A stretch of 64,000 nt of DNA from Macrostomum hystrix (GCA_950097015.1 CATNEN010000001.1:21576001-21640000); one strand, 5' to 3'; numbered from the stretch's first letter, positions 1 to 12,135 are shown. Notes: a model not told the origin generated them from the letters alone. Numbers and translations: made by a program.

Positions 1-904
1 CAATTGGCATGCTTTAAAGTTTGGTCAGTTCGTCATCTACTAATAACAAGCAATCAAGTTCGTCATCAATAAAGTGAGGGTGGGGTGGTGGGGCAGAGGT
101 GTGAACACACTTCACACTCTAAATTGTCAAAAAGGTGTCAAAACTGATTTCATTATAAGTGTTGAAAGATAGGTGCTAACACGATATGAGGAGGGGTGGG
201 GAGTGGTGGTTCTGTTCTAACTTTGAAAACTTTTGTTTTATAGATGACGAAGTGTCCTCAAGTCTAAGTCTCTTCGTTATCCACCCTCTAAGATATTGGA
301 CAGATCGTCATCTGGATGACGAAGTTGTAAGATAACGAAGTGTCCAGGTACCAAAATCTTTGGTCGCATCAATCTGTGAGCACACACTCGTCCAGCAATT
401 GTGCTGCCGTTGCACTGCTGTCCGTGTATGCCTGCCAAGCACACCTCAGCTTCCAGTCTCAATGCTGCAGCTCAGAATGCTGTCTTTGGCTGGCAACAGG
501 CACATGCCTCCAAAGTCTAGGAGCACTGACTCTATGCAAATACAGCCTCATAACTTGAGTAAATGCTACAGCACAGCAATGTAGTCAGCTTTGGCCTGGC
601 TACTCATGATTATGAAGCAAATATCATAAAAGGCTCCTTGGCAATGTTCCTTTGAATGTGCCATCAAAAAGCCACCTACAAATGCAGCTGCAGATGCATC
701 TGCTTGGTGTTTGCAAAAATCAGATGCCAGTGACATGTGCATGGCACTTTGACATTACCAACTATGAAGTCTGCTAGAAACAAATCTTGCTGCACCTCAA
801 AGTCAAGGTTCATCAGGTTTGGCAGGTGCCCCTTTTTGGCCCACTTTTGCCCCAAAAATTAGGACAACAATAATGACCAACACTTTTAACCAGCATTTCA
901 TATT

Positions 905-1304
905 CCCTATTGGAATAAGTTTTCAGACACTGTGGACAGTGCATCTAGTGCGCCATGGCAATCATAAAGTGGCCTGGACGGTGCGTCATGACAATCTTCA
1001 AATCCTAAGGTGGTATGGACAATGTGTCATTCAAATCTTCAAATCCTAGGGTGCCATTCAAATCCTAGCGTTTTACTTACAGTTTGCTGAATTTCCACCA
1101 TGCTGCTGACTTTCTCCTGTGCATGCTTCTCATCCTTGTTCAGCAGCGCTGTATGTAGCGCGTGATGTCCTCCTTGCATCTTACCTGTGAGCTGCTGTGC
1201 GTCATGGCGCATGGCGCGCGTAGCGCGCCATGCGCCATGACTATGAGGAAAAAGAAAAAGTGCGCCGGACGCCGTCCGCGAAAATACCACTTATTCCAAT
1301 AGGG
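905..1304. mobile_element. Non-autonomous DNA transposon (MITE), 400 bp
   Basis: Perfect 16-bp TIR CCCTATTGGAATAAGT (905-920) / ACTTATTCCAATAGGG (1289-1304), flanked by 8-bp direct repeat TTCATATT (897-904, 1305-1312). Confidence 0.85.
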
Positions 1305-2218
1305 TTCATATTTTGTGGCTAACTGGTATTAAATATAAAAATTAACAAAGTTTACAAAAAAATTGACAAAGTACTTTTGATGAAACTACTTTTGACAAAA
1401 AGACCTGTCACTATTAAATAGGCCTATGCATAGGGGTAGGGCCTGCCTAATTCCAAACAAGTTCTTGCCACAAGTTATAGCTATCTATATATTTTTTTCT
1501 TATAGTCATTATTATTTGATTAATAGATTATTCTATTAGTAGTTCTAGGACCATAGGCAACTGGCAATGTATGGTAGATATAATAGGCTAAGCACATTAA
1601 GCATTTCTGGCAGTAGCCCAGCAAGCTTGCCCTGTAAACCTTAATTTAATCAAACTAAATTAAAAACTTGATAGCTAGGTCTAACCTTAGACATTTTAAT
1701 ATAAACTATTTCTAAGCCCCATTGTTCAATTTATTTTATGATCCTAGTTACAGCATTTTAACTATTTTTACAGAAGCTAAATTCTAGAGGCCTAAATGCA
1801 GCTGTGGCCTTTGATAGCTTATATTCTATTATTAGCTATAAATAATAAAACAACAATAACTAGCTAGTAGCTCATAGTAACAATGGCTAGCTAGTTGTAG
1901 GCCTAGACATTATGTAGGTAGCTAGCACTCTAGTTAGCTAGCTAGTAAGGCCCATTCTATGATTGGATTGCATTTCAGTAGGCCTAGGACCCTTACAAGT
2001 AATTGTATTTAGACAGCTGTCTACCTAACCCAATTGAGTATCTTAAATAATCAGGGATCATGTGTGAATCACGGCAAGAATTAAGCGTGTATCATTGGAC
2101 CACAGCCATTGACTAAACTGACAGTGATTCTTGCAACAGGTCCATTACGCACAATTGCACCATGGCCATTGACCTGACTGATGGTTGCCCTCACAATAGG
2201 TCAGATTGTGGCTGCTGT

Positions 2219-2716
2219 CCTCCTAGATCCTCAGATTGTATCTGTAAATCTCCCAGATCCTCAGATTGTATCTGTAAATCTCCCAGATCCTCAGATTGTA
2301 TCTATATATCTCCCAGATCCTCAGATTGTATCTGTAAATCCCCTAGATACTCAGATTGTATCTGTAAATCTCCCAGATCCTCAGATTGTATCTGTAAATC
2401 TCCCAGATCCTCAGGTTGTATCTATAAATCTCCCAGATCCTCAGGTTGCATCTATAAATCTCCCAGATCCTCAGATTGTATCTGTAAATCTCCCAGATCC
2501 TCAGATTGTATCTGTAAATCTCCCAGATCCTCAGATTGTATCTGTAAATCCCCCAGATACTCAGATTGTATCTATAAATCTCCCAGATCCTCAGATTGTA
2601 TCTGTAAATCTCCCAGATCCTCAGATTGTATCTGTAAATCTCCCAGATCCTCAGATTGTATCTGTAAATCCCCCAGATACTCAGATTGTATCTGTAAATC
2701 TCCCAGATCCTCAGGT
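2219..2716. repeat. 30-bp minisatellite (CTCCCAGATCCTCAGATTGTATCTGTAAAT)n, ~16 copies
   Basis: Directly visible tandem array; produces the spurious ORFs 2162..2731 and 2181..2840. Confidence 0.97.
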
Positions 2717-2903
2717 TTTACTCTACCTTAAGTATTTTATTTCTAAAAAAATATATAAATTCAATGAGGTACAATGCCATATCAGTTATTCTAACAAATG
2801 TAACTTCATTTGCTTTAATTTTCTTAATTCAGTGGTATGATCAATTTCGTATCAATGCACTTTTACAAGCAATGCCCACCCCACTCCACTTCCAGCCAAT
2901 CCG

Positions 2904-3095
2904 ATGGAAGCTGGCCAAACTCCCAAGCCGGGCGTGGCTCCGCCACCGAAGCTTCACGCCGTTGTGTACATCTGCGGCGACTGTCACAAGGAAAGCGAAA
3001 TAAAAGCTAAAGAGGTTATCCGATGCCGAGAGTGCGGCCATAGGATCATGTATAAGAAGCGCACCTCACGAATGATAGTATTCGACGCTAGATGA
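2904..3095 (+). CDS. POLR2K: RNA polymerase I/II/III shared subunit RPABC4 (RPB12), no intron in CDS
   Basis: 63 aa with the zinc ribbon YICGDC...[16 protein letters not shown] and C-terminal VFDAR typical of RPB12; pyrimidine-rich AG 8 nt upstream of the ATG. Confidence 0.96.
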   Translation: MEAGQTPKPGVAPPPKLHAVVYICGDCHKESEIKAKEVIRCRECGHRIMYKKRTSRMIVFDAR

Positions 3096-3789
3096 CTCGG
3101 ACCGTTGATAATTTTATAGACGATTTAAAAGTAATGTAATTAGGAATTCTACGTGTTGCCAGTTTCTTGTAAGCAGCATTTGATATGATGTGCATAAAAA
3201 TATGTTTTTGCTTGCTAATAATTGCAAATTATAAAATTCAAAGTAGAAACTTTGCTATACAAATTGGTAAATAGTGCGATAAGTTGACAGAAGATCGGCA
3301 AACTGCCTTCCATTTTGCTAATTTTCATTAGGTACAAAGTTTAAAATAGCGCGATGTATTGTATTGTTCCTTGTGCATGTTTAGTATTTAGTAATGCAAT
3401 CAGGTGTCTCAACAGAACAATTGATTCACCGAACGATATAGTACTGTATTAACAGTAGGAAGGCTATCACTCCAGGCACCGAGGCCAGACCTTCGCAATT
3501 TCCATCGATGAATATGAGGCTTGAGTGGGGAAGGAAATATCGCGATTCCACTGAGGCCTCTTCTTTGAAGGAGCCAGAATGTGAGCAGCAATGCCAGTAC
3601 TGCTAGGCTGCAACAAAAGGCGAAGCAAGGTAGCAGAAAGTGAGCATAGTTGGCGAACGGATAGTCGTGAATGCAGAATGCAGTCGTGATTTATCTGTTC
3701 CTGAAACGGTAGAGACAGCACCAGGAACACCGTCAGTTGCATTGCGCTGCAATGGAGGTTGCACTGATGTGGAGATATTCCGCGTGAGC

Positions 3790-3900
3790 ACACACAAGAT
3801 ACCGTAAGCAGGTGCTCACTCACACAGGTGTGTACATCTGCCCTGACTTTCTTCTCATCGTCATGCAGTGTACACACGCTGTACGAGAGTTTAGGGGCTG
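3790..3900 (-). mobile_element. SINE family B fragment
   Basis: CACACAGGTGTGTACATCTGCCCTGACTTTC...GCAGTGTACAC matches the body of copies at 7885-8232 and 17300-17592. Confidence 0.75.
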
Positions 3901-3954
3901 ACCCTCATGGGCGTAAGTTTTTCGCCGATTCTCTAAACTTCTTTGTGTTGAAAA

Positions 3955-4150
3955 GGGTTGTAGCCAAGTGGTTAGAGCGTCGGAGCGACTTAACGGTCGG
4001 GAGTTCGATTCCCGACTCCACTGGAACAATTTGTGTCCTTTAGCAATACACTTAACTCTGCATTGCATCAGTTCACCCAGCTGATAAATGGGTACCATAT
4101 TCAGCTGGGATAATTCGGCACATCTGACCTAATTGGGGCAGGTGTAATAA
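3955..4150 (+). mobile_element. SINE family A (tRNA-derived), internally deleted copy
   Basis: A-box TAGCCAAGTGG, B-box GTTCGATTC; body and 3' end match copies at 11839 and 34191. Confidence 0.85.
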
Positions 4151-4731
4151 ATTATAAATTGTTTTGAAGCCTTTTATATTTGCTTCATATTACGAGTATA
4201 ATAGCCTTTCTTGCATTGGTTTGTTTCGCCAAAATTTCCGTTAACCTCGTTCCGGAAAGTGATCAGACCCAACTCTAGTATTGAAATATTGTAGACAAGG
4301 AGGCTTAGAGCTTGTTGTGCAAGAGGCTGTGAGGTGCTGAGATAGATACGTGATAGATAGATAGATTGATAGATCAATGCATTTACAGCGATAGTGTTAA
4401 AATGTACTTCTATATTTACACTATATCTAAGCAATACGAGCAATACGAGCTCGTATATCTACAGGATTTACAGATGTACGGAAATCAAAACGCAAACTTT
4501 AATGAGTTTATCAGGCCAAAAATTGTTGAGAAGAATATGTACCGTTCTTATGTTAAAACTATAGAAGGAACATTACTTTGAAGTGGTAGTCCATGGGCAA
4601 GTAGACACTGTCTACGATACAAAGTTGCCAGTTTTTGCCATAAAAATAAATTAATTCAAACTCTTCGAAAGCAAGATTCAGTTCAATTGTTCAGATTGTT
4701 TTGCAGTCAGATGAAAGCTCGAAAGTACAAA

Positions 4732-7700
4732 TCAAATCATCCAGAGTCGCCGCATAAGGAGCGCCTGCATATCTCCCAGGCTGAAGTAGCAGGCAACCCG
4801 TCGACTGCAGCTGAAGGCCGCGGCCGTGTACGCCACAACCACCAGGAAGCAGGGGGCGCCATCGATGGACTCGCGGTTGGGGAACAGGCGACTCAGAATC
4901 AAGTTGAGTAGTCCTGTGAGCAAGTTGGAGACTAGGAAGTAGAGCAGGCCAGCTGAGTCCACCTGGATCAGTGAGTAGCAACGTTTGTACTTTTACAGAC
5001 AGGAGAGAACAGGACAGGACAGGACAGGAGAGAACAGGACAGGAGAGGACAGGACAGGACAGGAGAGAACAGGACAGGACAGGACAGGAGAGAACAGGAC
5101 AGGACAGGACAGGAGAGAACAGGAAAGGACAGGAGAGGACAGGACAAGACAGGAGAGGAGAGGACAGGACAGGACAGAAGAGGACAGGACAAGACAGGAG
5201 AGGAGAGGACAGGACAGGACAGAAGAGGACAGGACAGAAGAGGACAGGACAAGACAGGAGAGGAGAGGACAGGACAGGACAGGAGAGAACAGGACAGGAC
5301 AGGACAGGAGAGAACAGGACAGGAGAGGACAGGACAGGACAGGAGAGAACAGGACAGGACAGGACAGGAGAGAACAGGACAGGACAGGAGAGAACAGGAC
5401 AGGACAGGACAGGAGAGAACAGGACAGGACAGGACAGGAGAGAACAGGAAAGGACAGGAGAGGACAGGACAAGACAGGAGAGGAGAGGACAGGACAGGAC
5501 AGAAGAGGACAGGACAAGACAGGAGAGGAGAGGACAGGACAGGACAGAAGAGGACAGGACAGAAGAGGACAGGACAAGACAGGAGAGGAGAGGACAGGAC
5601 AGGACAGGACAGGACAGGACAGAAGAGGACAGGACAGGACAGGACAGAAGAGGACAGGACAGGACAGGACAGAAGAGGACAGGACAGGACAAGACAGGAC
5701 AGGACAAGACAGAAGAGGACAGAACAGGACAGGACAGGACAGGAGAGGACAGGACAGGACAGAAGAGGACAGAACAAACAAGACAGGACAGGAGAGGACA
5801 GGACAAGAAAGGACAGCACAAGATAAGAGAGGAGAGAAGAGGACAGGACAGGAGAGGACAGGACAGGACAGAAGAGGACAGAACAGAACAGGACAGGACA
5901 GGAGAGGACAGGACAGGACAGAAGAGGACAGAACAAACAAGACAGGACAGGAGAGGACAGGACAAGAAAGGACAGCACAAGATAAGAGAGGAGAGAAGAG
6001 GACAGGACAGGATAGGACAGGAATGGACAAGACAGGAGAGGACAGGACGGACCTGCTGCAGGTGCAGTGGTGTCTGTCGTTTCTGCACAGCTCCGTCATC
6101 GCCATAGCCAGTTACAGTCAGGCAGTTCGCAGCCCGCAGGACCAGCCAACCGCCGCCCAGGCAGAAGCACGAGAATGTGAGCAGCCAAGCGCAATAGGCC
6201 GGGTTCATCAGCCGCCTGGACTCGGGCAGAATCCAGTAGCCATCGTTGAGCATAGTCAGCGGCCTCACTAAAGCTGAGCCAGCCATGAGGATCAGAAGTC
6301 TGCGAGTTGGAATTTGAAAATCGATTGGATTAACTTAAACTGCTTATTAAATCGCAGGTATAAAACAATTTGATGGGGTCATTAGAAAGGGGGTTCTCGG
6401 AAATATACTTGTTATAATTTTATTAAACAATAGTGCTATCTGATAGTAGTACTGTCCGAGCACGTACATCCAAACATGTTAGAAACTGCAATTTTCCGAA
6501 AAGGGATTCCTGGAATTGGGATTTAGGAAGATCATTGAGATTTAATTTAGGTAACACTTTTTGTCAATGGGATTCTTTAAAATAAGATTCTTGGAAACAG
6601 AACTCTCCAAAATAACAAAAGCCAGGTTCTTCAAAAATACCTAAAAAGAGAGATTTATGAAATGGGATTCCTATCAAGGATTCTTAGAAATAAGATTCTT
6701 GAAAATGGGATTCTTCGGAATTTTCACTCTAAGAAATGCAGATATTTGAAATTGGATTCTTAGAAACGGGATTCCTGAAGATGGGATTCTCGGAAATGGG
6801 GTTCTTGGAAATGGGATTCCTAGAAAAAGATTATTGAAAGCAAAATTTTAGGAAATAGAAATTCTGAAAAGGGATTCTTGGATATCGGCATTTTTAGTTA
6901 AATCTAGAAAATTCGATTCTTAAAAAATGAGATTACAGAAAAGAAGATCTAGGAAATGGGACTTTTGAAAATAAGATTCTTAGAAATGAGATTCTTTGAT
7001 ATGTGTTCTTGGAAATGGGATTCTCGGAAACGAGATTCTTGGAAAACGGGAGTCTTGGAAATGGGATTCTTGGAAATGGGATTCTTGGAAATGAGATTCA
7101 CAATAAATGGACTCCTGACAAGTTAGGATTCCTTAAAATTTTTATTTTCAACGGCAGAAGCCGCTGCCGCGCAGCGGAAGCCGCACCTGACAAAAACGTC
7201 GAGTCGGTCCTGCTGGCGGCTGCCGTCCTCACGCGGTTTCGTCCATCTGCCCAGCTGCAGACCAGCAAAGTACAGCGTCACAAGGCCCAGGACGGATACC
7301 AGGCCCTCACGATTCTGGCCAATCAGATTCGACCGATTGTACATCGGCGGCAGCCCCGGCGCCAGCACGAATTCTGCCAGCCCGGCAGCCAGCAGAGCCT
7401 CCTGCGTCGCGGCCAGCAGCCCGCAGGCAGCAAGAGGCGGCAGCCAAGATGGCAGCACCAGCAGTTCAATGGCGGCTCCCAGACCTCGAGCCGCGGACAT
7501 GGAGTAGAATGCGTTCCAGTGCATTCCGTACTCAGTCCAGGCCTCATCGAATTCGGTATTGTTGGCCAAGTTGGCAATGACAACCGTGACTGTCTTGACT
7601 AGGCCGCACACGGTCAGGATGCCGGCTTGAATGGCGGCTTTTCTCAGCGCCAGGGCTCTGTTTGTGAATTGATGTGCCATTTGAGTGAGATGAGCGCATG

Positions 7701-10531
7701 GACAATTTGAGTAGTCCACAATAAAAAATCATATACAAGTGTAATAATAACCGATTTCACCTGCCCCAATCAGGCAGCAAGATGTGAGCCGACGGCAAAG
7801 ACGCAGCCATTGCGCGGCGCATCTGAAGGCTGCGTACGGCTGTTCAGTCCATGGACTGGGGGCTGTCAACCATAAGCATAAGGACAATAATAATAATAAT
7901 TGCAGGAGGGCTGCGGGCAGTGGCCCATCATTTAGTGACACTAGACCCGCAGCCAGCGAGAAGGCAATTCTGCCCATTTCGCTGACTCCTGAGCACACAC
8001 GCACACAAATGCTGTACGCAGGCACACACTCACACAGGTGTGTACATCTGCCCTGACTTTCTCATCGTCAGGCAGTGTACACTTCACTGTGTCTTGGAGG
8101 TTGGCCCTCAATTGCACGACAAGCCCCCAAGCCTTCTCTCCGCGGCTGCGCCCCAAATAAATGTGGCCTCGCCGTAGAATCGAACTTAGGGACCGTGGTG
8201 CGAGAGGCAAACGCGATAACCGCTCTGCCACTCACCCCCCTAGCATAAGGACAACCAGGTGGATCAGCAACGATGATTAAGGCATCTACCTCTCGCACCA
8301 AGGTCCCTGAGCTCGATTCAACAGCAAGGCCACGTTAAATTGGGGAGCAGCCGCGGAGAAAATGCTCTTGAGGGCCAACCTCCAAGGCACAGTGAGAGTG
8401 TACACTGCCTGACGATGAGAAAGTCAGGGCAGATGTACACACCTGTGTGAGCGTGTGCCTGAGCGTGTACGGTATCCATGTGCGTGTGTGCTCAGGAGTC
8501 AGCGAAATGGGCAGAATTGCCTCCTCGCTGGCTGCGGGTCTAGTGTCACCAAACGATGTGCCATTGCCCGCAGCCGTTCTGCATTTGTTTCAATTATTTT
8601 TTTTTTATTCCCGCCTCTACTCAGGACAGCCAATTCTCACCTGTCCACCTTGTCCCGAGGTCGAATGGCGGTCGGTCCCAAAGATCCGATGCAGATCACA
8701 AAACAGCCGATGCCAACATCCATCAGGGAGGTGCCGAAGCTGTGCGTCTTGCTGAAGCTGTTGTTCCAGCAGGGTTGGTCCCTGGCAAAGATGCAAACCG
8801 TCGTGCTGATGTACACGATCGATCGATACATGGCCAGTAGGTCATTGTAGGGAGGCGACTTTTTAATTGGCGAAGTAGAATTTTCGGCAGTTGAAGTGTC
8901 TCCAAGTTTGTTGATCTCGAGTGCGGACACAACCTTGACTGCTGAGTCGGCATTGTGCGGGATCAGTGACGCTATCGTCCTCTTCAAAGTTAGTCGCTTG
9001 TGCAGCCGACAACCCAGGTAGATAACAAGGCAGGCAAAGTCGAAAGCCAAAGAAAATGTTGAATAGTTCTTCACTGGGAAGTCAATGACGCTGATTAGAA
9101 ATGGCAAGATGAGAAAGGCAAACTGCACCCAGGTAGCAATGCTGAAATAGAAAATTTATTAAGTTTCATTTTGGGCTTTGGCCGCTTAGATGTTTCTGAT
9201 TTCTGAAAATTTGCTTGGTTTTAGATAACAGCATTGCAGAGATTTTCTTGAGGGGATTTTCCTGGGAGATTCCAGTGGTATTCAGTAGCATTCGTGTAGC
9301 ATTCTCCTGTGGGATTCTCCTGGGGATTCTCCTAGGGATTCTCCTAGGGATTCTCCTGTAGGATTCTCCTAGGGATTCTCCTGTAGGATTCTCCTGGGGA
9401 TTCTCCTGCTGGATTCTCCTGTGGGATTCTCATGTAGGATTCTTATGTAGTATTCTCCTGTTCTCCTGCGGGATTCTCCTGTGGGATTCTCCTGTAGAGT
9501 TTACCTTGGATTTTTCACAAGCACTCGCAGCCTGCCGCCGCCCAGCATGTACTCAAGACACCGAGTGAGCAGTATAGCAAAGAAGAACACGCTGGTGCAG
9601 AGGAAGGTCTCGTAATACTTCGATCTGGGTGGAGCATTGGTCAGCTCTTTTGTGAAAGGAGATCGCGGCAGGATGTCGACCCGGTAGAAATTCAAGGCGT
9701 AGAGTCCGGGAGTCCATTGGTCTGAAGTTCCATTGTAACGAAATTTCGTATGATTTATCTCTATTCAAATGGCTAATCATAATGCGGGTATATTAGAAGA
9801 GACGAAAGACTTGCGAGTAGGAGAGATGAAAATGAGGCTTAAGTGAGGGAAATATGAGATTTAGAAATGACGAATATATATATAAAATAGGGATTCTCGG
9901 AAATTTAGATCATCGGCCATGGGATACTCCGAAATGGACTCCATGGAAACGGTAATCTCGGCAATTAAATTATTTGAAATTTCTCGGAAACTGGATACTT
10001 AAAAACAGGATTCTTGGAAATGGGATTCTTGGAAATGGGATTCTTAGAAACGGGACTCTTGGAAATTGGATTCTTGGAAATGGGATTCTTGGAAATGGGA
10101 TTCTTAGAAACGGGACTCTTGGAAATTGGATTCTTGGAAATTGGATTCTTGGAAATGGGATTCTTGGATATTGGATTGTTTGAAATTGTATTCTTGGAAA
10201 TGGAATGTAATGTAATGGAATGGAATTCTAGAAAAAATATTCTTTGAAATCGCTTCTATGAAAATCGGCATTCCTTGTAATTCGATTATCAGTAATTCGA
10301 TTATCGAATCCGAGATGGGATTGTACCAAGAAATTTGCAATAAAGCAAGTTTGAAAAAGTCGGTTCAGACATTGAAATGCAGGTCAAACAAAACGGTCAC
10401 TCACCCAGGACCATTCTGGCCAGCTCCTTGTCGCTTTGAATCGCAGACTGCTGCTGCTGATGCTGGTGCTGTATTATACTGAGTAAGTGCGGCGGCACGA
10501 GCTTACTCAGCTCTGGTGGCAAGGCTTGCAT
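4732..10531 (-). CDS. PIGW: GPI inositol acyltransferase PIG-W/Gwt1, 6 exons: 10531-10405, 9760-9505, 9141-8641, 7657-7187, 6299-6053, 4962-4732 (~610 aa)
   Basis: Motifs FGTSLMDVGIGCFV, EYGMHWNAF, NREG, SRRLMNPAYCAW, FLVSNLLTGLLN; all GT-AG junctions phase-consistent (1,2,2,2,0), total 1833 nt. Exon 1 is the least certain. Confidence 0.9.
4996..6050. repeat. Pentamer-based microsatellite (GGACA/GGAGA/GAACA)n filling PIGW intron 5
   Basis: Directly visible; source of five spurious long ORFs (DRTGQ / CPVLS repeats). Confidence 0.97.
6500..7100. repeat. Degenerate 15-bp repeat (GGGATTCTTGGAAAT)n in PIGW intron 4
   Basis: Many imperfect copies; the same unit recurs at 10008-10205 and in reverse at 22745-23000. 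Confidence 0.8.
7740..7862 (-). mobile_element. SINE family A 3' fragment
   Basis: Reverse complement of CCCCAGTCCATGGACTGAACAGC...GGGGCAGGTG from full copies. Confidence 0.8.
7885..8232 (-). mobile_element. SINE family B, near full length
   Basis: tRNA-like head (GTGGCAGAGCGG...GTTCGATTC), shared body, (ATT)n tail. Confidence 0.85.
8258..8610 (+). mobile_element. SINE family B, head-to-head with the preceding copy
   Basis: Reverse-complement match to 7885-8232 over most of its length. Confidence 0.85.
9290..9497. repeat. 11-13 bp repeat (GGGATTCTCCT(GT))n in PIGW intron 2
   Basis: Directly visible tandem array adjacent to the donor site. Confidence 0.9.
10008..10205. repeat. 15-bp repeat (GGGATTCTTGGAAAT)n in PIGW intron 1
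   Basis: Directly visible tandem array. Confidence 0.92.
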
Positions 10532-11144
10532 GCTTCGATTTAAAATGTCGAGCGTTCAAGGTCTGATAAGAAACTAAAAAGCTAGTGTAACATGGTCGCA
10601 GGCTTTTATAGATAATCTCTGAATTATGGCCATTGGTTTGGTTTGTCTTTCGACTTACAAATCTGTATGTTGAGCGTTCTGTAAAACTGCGTTGTTCTCT
10701 CTGGAACAATTTTTCGGTGCCTACTCCGCAGTCCGTTCATCTATTCTTTTCTGCCAGTCCTCTCATATTTTCTGTTGAAAACGTCTTTCTATTCAGGCCA
10801 TGCTGTGAACGCGCATTCTCCGCTTATTTCATTCTCTCTCTCTGTCCCTTCCCCGTGCATGTGTACGGCTGTGAATAGTAGCTAGAGTCTAATGGCTTTA
10901 TGCATTACCTCAGTGCTGTACTTGGTTTAGTGCTTACTCTGCTGCAGCTGTGTGGGTGAGCAGACGATTGAGTCGCGCACAAATACTGCTGTGTTAGAGC
11001 AATAGGTAGCGGTAGCTTGGCATGAATGCTTTGTTAATTTGTCCCATGGCCCCCGGAATCGTCAGTGTGTGCCCGCGATTTTTATAGTCTATGATAAACC
11101 TCTTTTGGATGAAAATTTTATTATATAGTAGCAATGACAATACC

Positions 11145-11300
11145 ATTGTACCATGACTACGTGGCTATCGGGCGGGCTGATATTCGATTATTGCCATAGA
11201 CGATGTCATTTTGGCCCGAAAAGTTGGGCCGATAATGGATTATTTTTGTGTATTTTAACGTATAGCCACATACTATAAGCCACATAGTCTATGGTACAAT
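11145..11300. mobile_element. Small MITE-like element with ~22-bp imperfect TIRs
   Basis: ATTGTACCAT-GACTACGTGGCT versus reverse complement of AGCCACATAGTCTATGGTACAAT. Confidence 0.6.
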
Positions 11301-11305
11301 CACAG

Positions 11306-11400
11306 TATTACCCAGGCTTTGCGGGCGATAATGAGAAATCCCTCGGGCGCCTTCGGCGCCCTCTGGCTTTCCCATTATCGCCCTGAAAGCCTGGGTAATA
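11306..11400. other. 95-bp near-perfect palindrome/hairpin
   Basis: TATTACCCAGGCTTT..GGGCGATAATG..GGGCGCC-TTC-GGCGCCC..CATTATCGCCC..AAAGCCTGGGTAATA. Confidence 0.85.
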
Positions 11401-11838
11401 ATATACTATTAATTATAACTGCCCGCAAGAAAAATTACCGAGCATTAATTCATCTATGGTCATTAACGGCCAAGGCTTTCTGCCCGCCGGGCAAAAAGAT
11501 TATAGGGCAAATATATCGTTACATTGGCCAGTCAGTATCCACGAGTATTCTTGAATATTTTGACAAAAATAATATTTAACATAAGGACTCGATGAACTAA
11601 AACTGGCATAGTCACTGAGTGTGTGGCTCGCATTATAAGGCTTCAGCAACGTATTATGGTATAAACGATCACTCAGCGATAATGGCATGTCTATGGCACA
11701 TACGCGCCTCGATCGACCGCCATTAACTTGCTCGGCACCCAACCGGTAAAGTTCCATTGTTTGCAGAAAATTTTCCATCCCTAGCTGCTTGGCACTAATC
11801 TGGTTATTTAAATATTATATTAATTATATTAATCGGAA

Positions 11839-12135
11839 GAGGTTGTAGCCTAGTGGTTAGGGCGTCGGACTCACGACTTGAAGGTCGGGGGTTCGATTCC
11901 CGACTCCACTGGAACAATTTGCGTCCTTTAGCAAGACACTTAACTCTGCATTGCTTCAGTTCACCCAGCTGTTAAATGGGTACCAGCATCAGCTGGGATA
12001 ATTGAAGGTGGGTGTGGCGTCCCCCCAGTCCGTGGACTGAACAGCTGTACGCAGGCTTCAGAGGCGCCGCGCATAAGCTGCGGCTGTGCTGTTGGCTGCA
12101 CATCTGACCCAATTGGTGCAGGTGTAATCAATACC
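11839..12135 (+). mobile_element. SINE family A, full length (~295 bp), tRNA head plus CORE-like central domain
   Basis: A and B boxes; nearly identical to 34191-34505; central GCAAGACACTTAAC...TCAGTTCACCCAGCTGTTAAATGGG. Confidence 0.9.

Noticed and set aside
277-820. Short overlapping ORFs at the window start
   Set aside because: No recognisable domain; multiple stops; possibly a decayed element but unsupported.
4691-6286. Long ORFs of 336-531 aa over the GGACA tract, and repeat-encoded ORFs at 2162, 28870, 30687 and 59892
   Set aside because: Stop-free translations of tandem repeats; the first lies in a well-defined PIGW intron.
8398-8442. Hammerhead ribozyme in SINE B (CTGACGA-TGA-GAAA-GTC)
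   Set aside because: No room for stems II or III, and the core is not conserved in copies at 3830 and 58690; the segment is better explained as a simple hairpin. An in vitro cleavage test would settle it.
11839-11912. tRNA genes (also 3955, 21450, 34191, 42440)
   Set aside because: Poor acceptor-stem pairing, anticodon varies between copies, and each continues into a shared SINE body.
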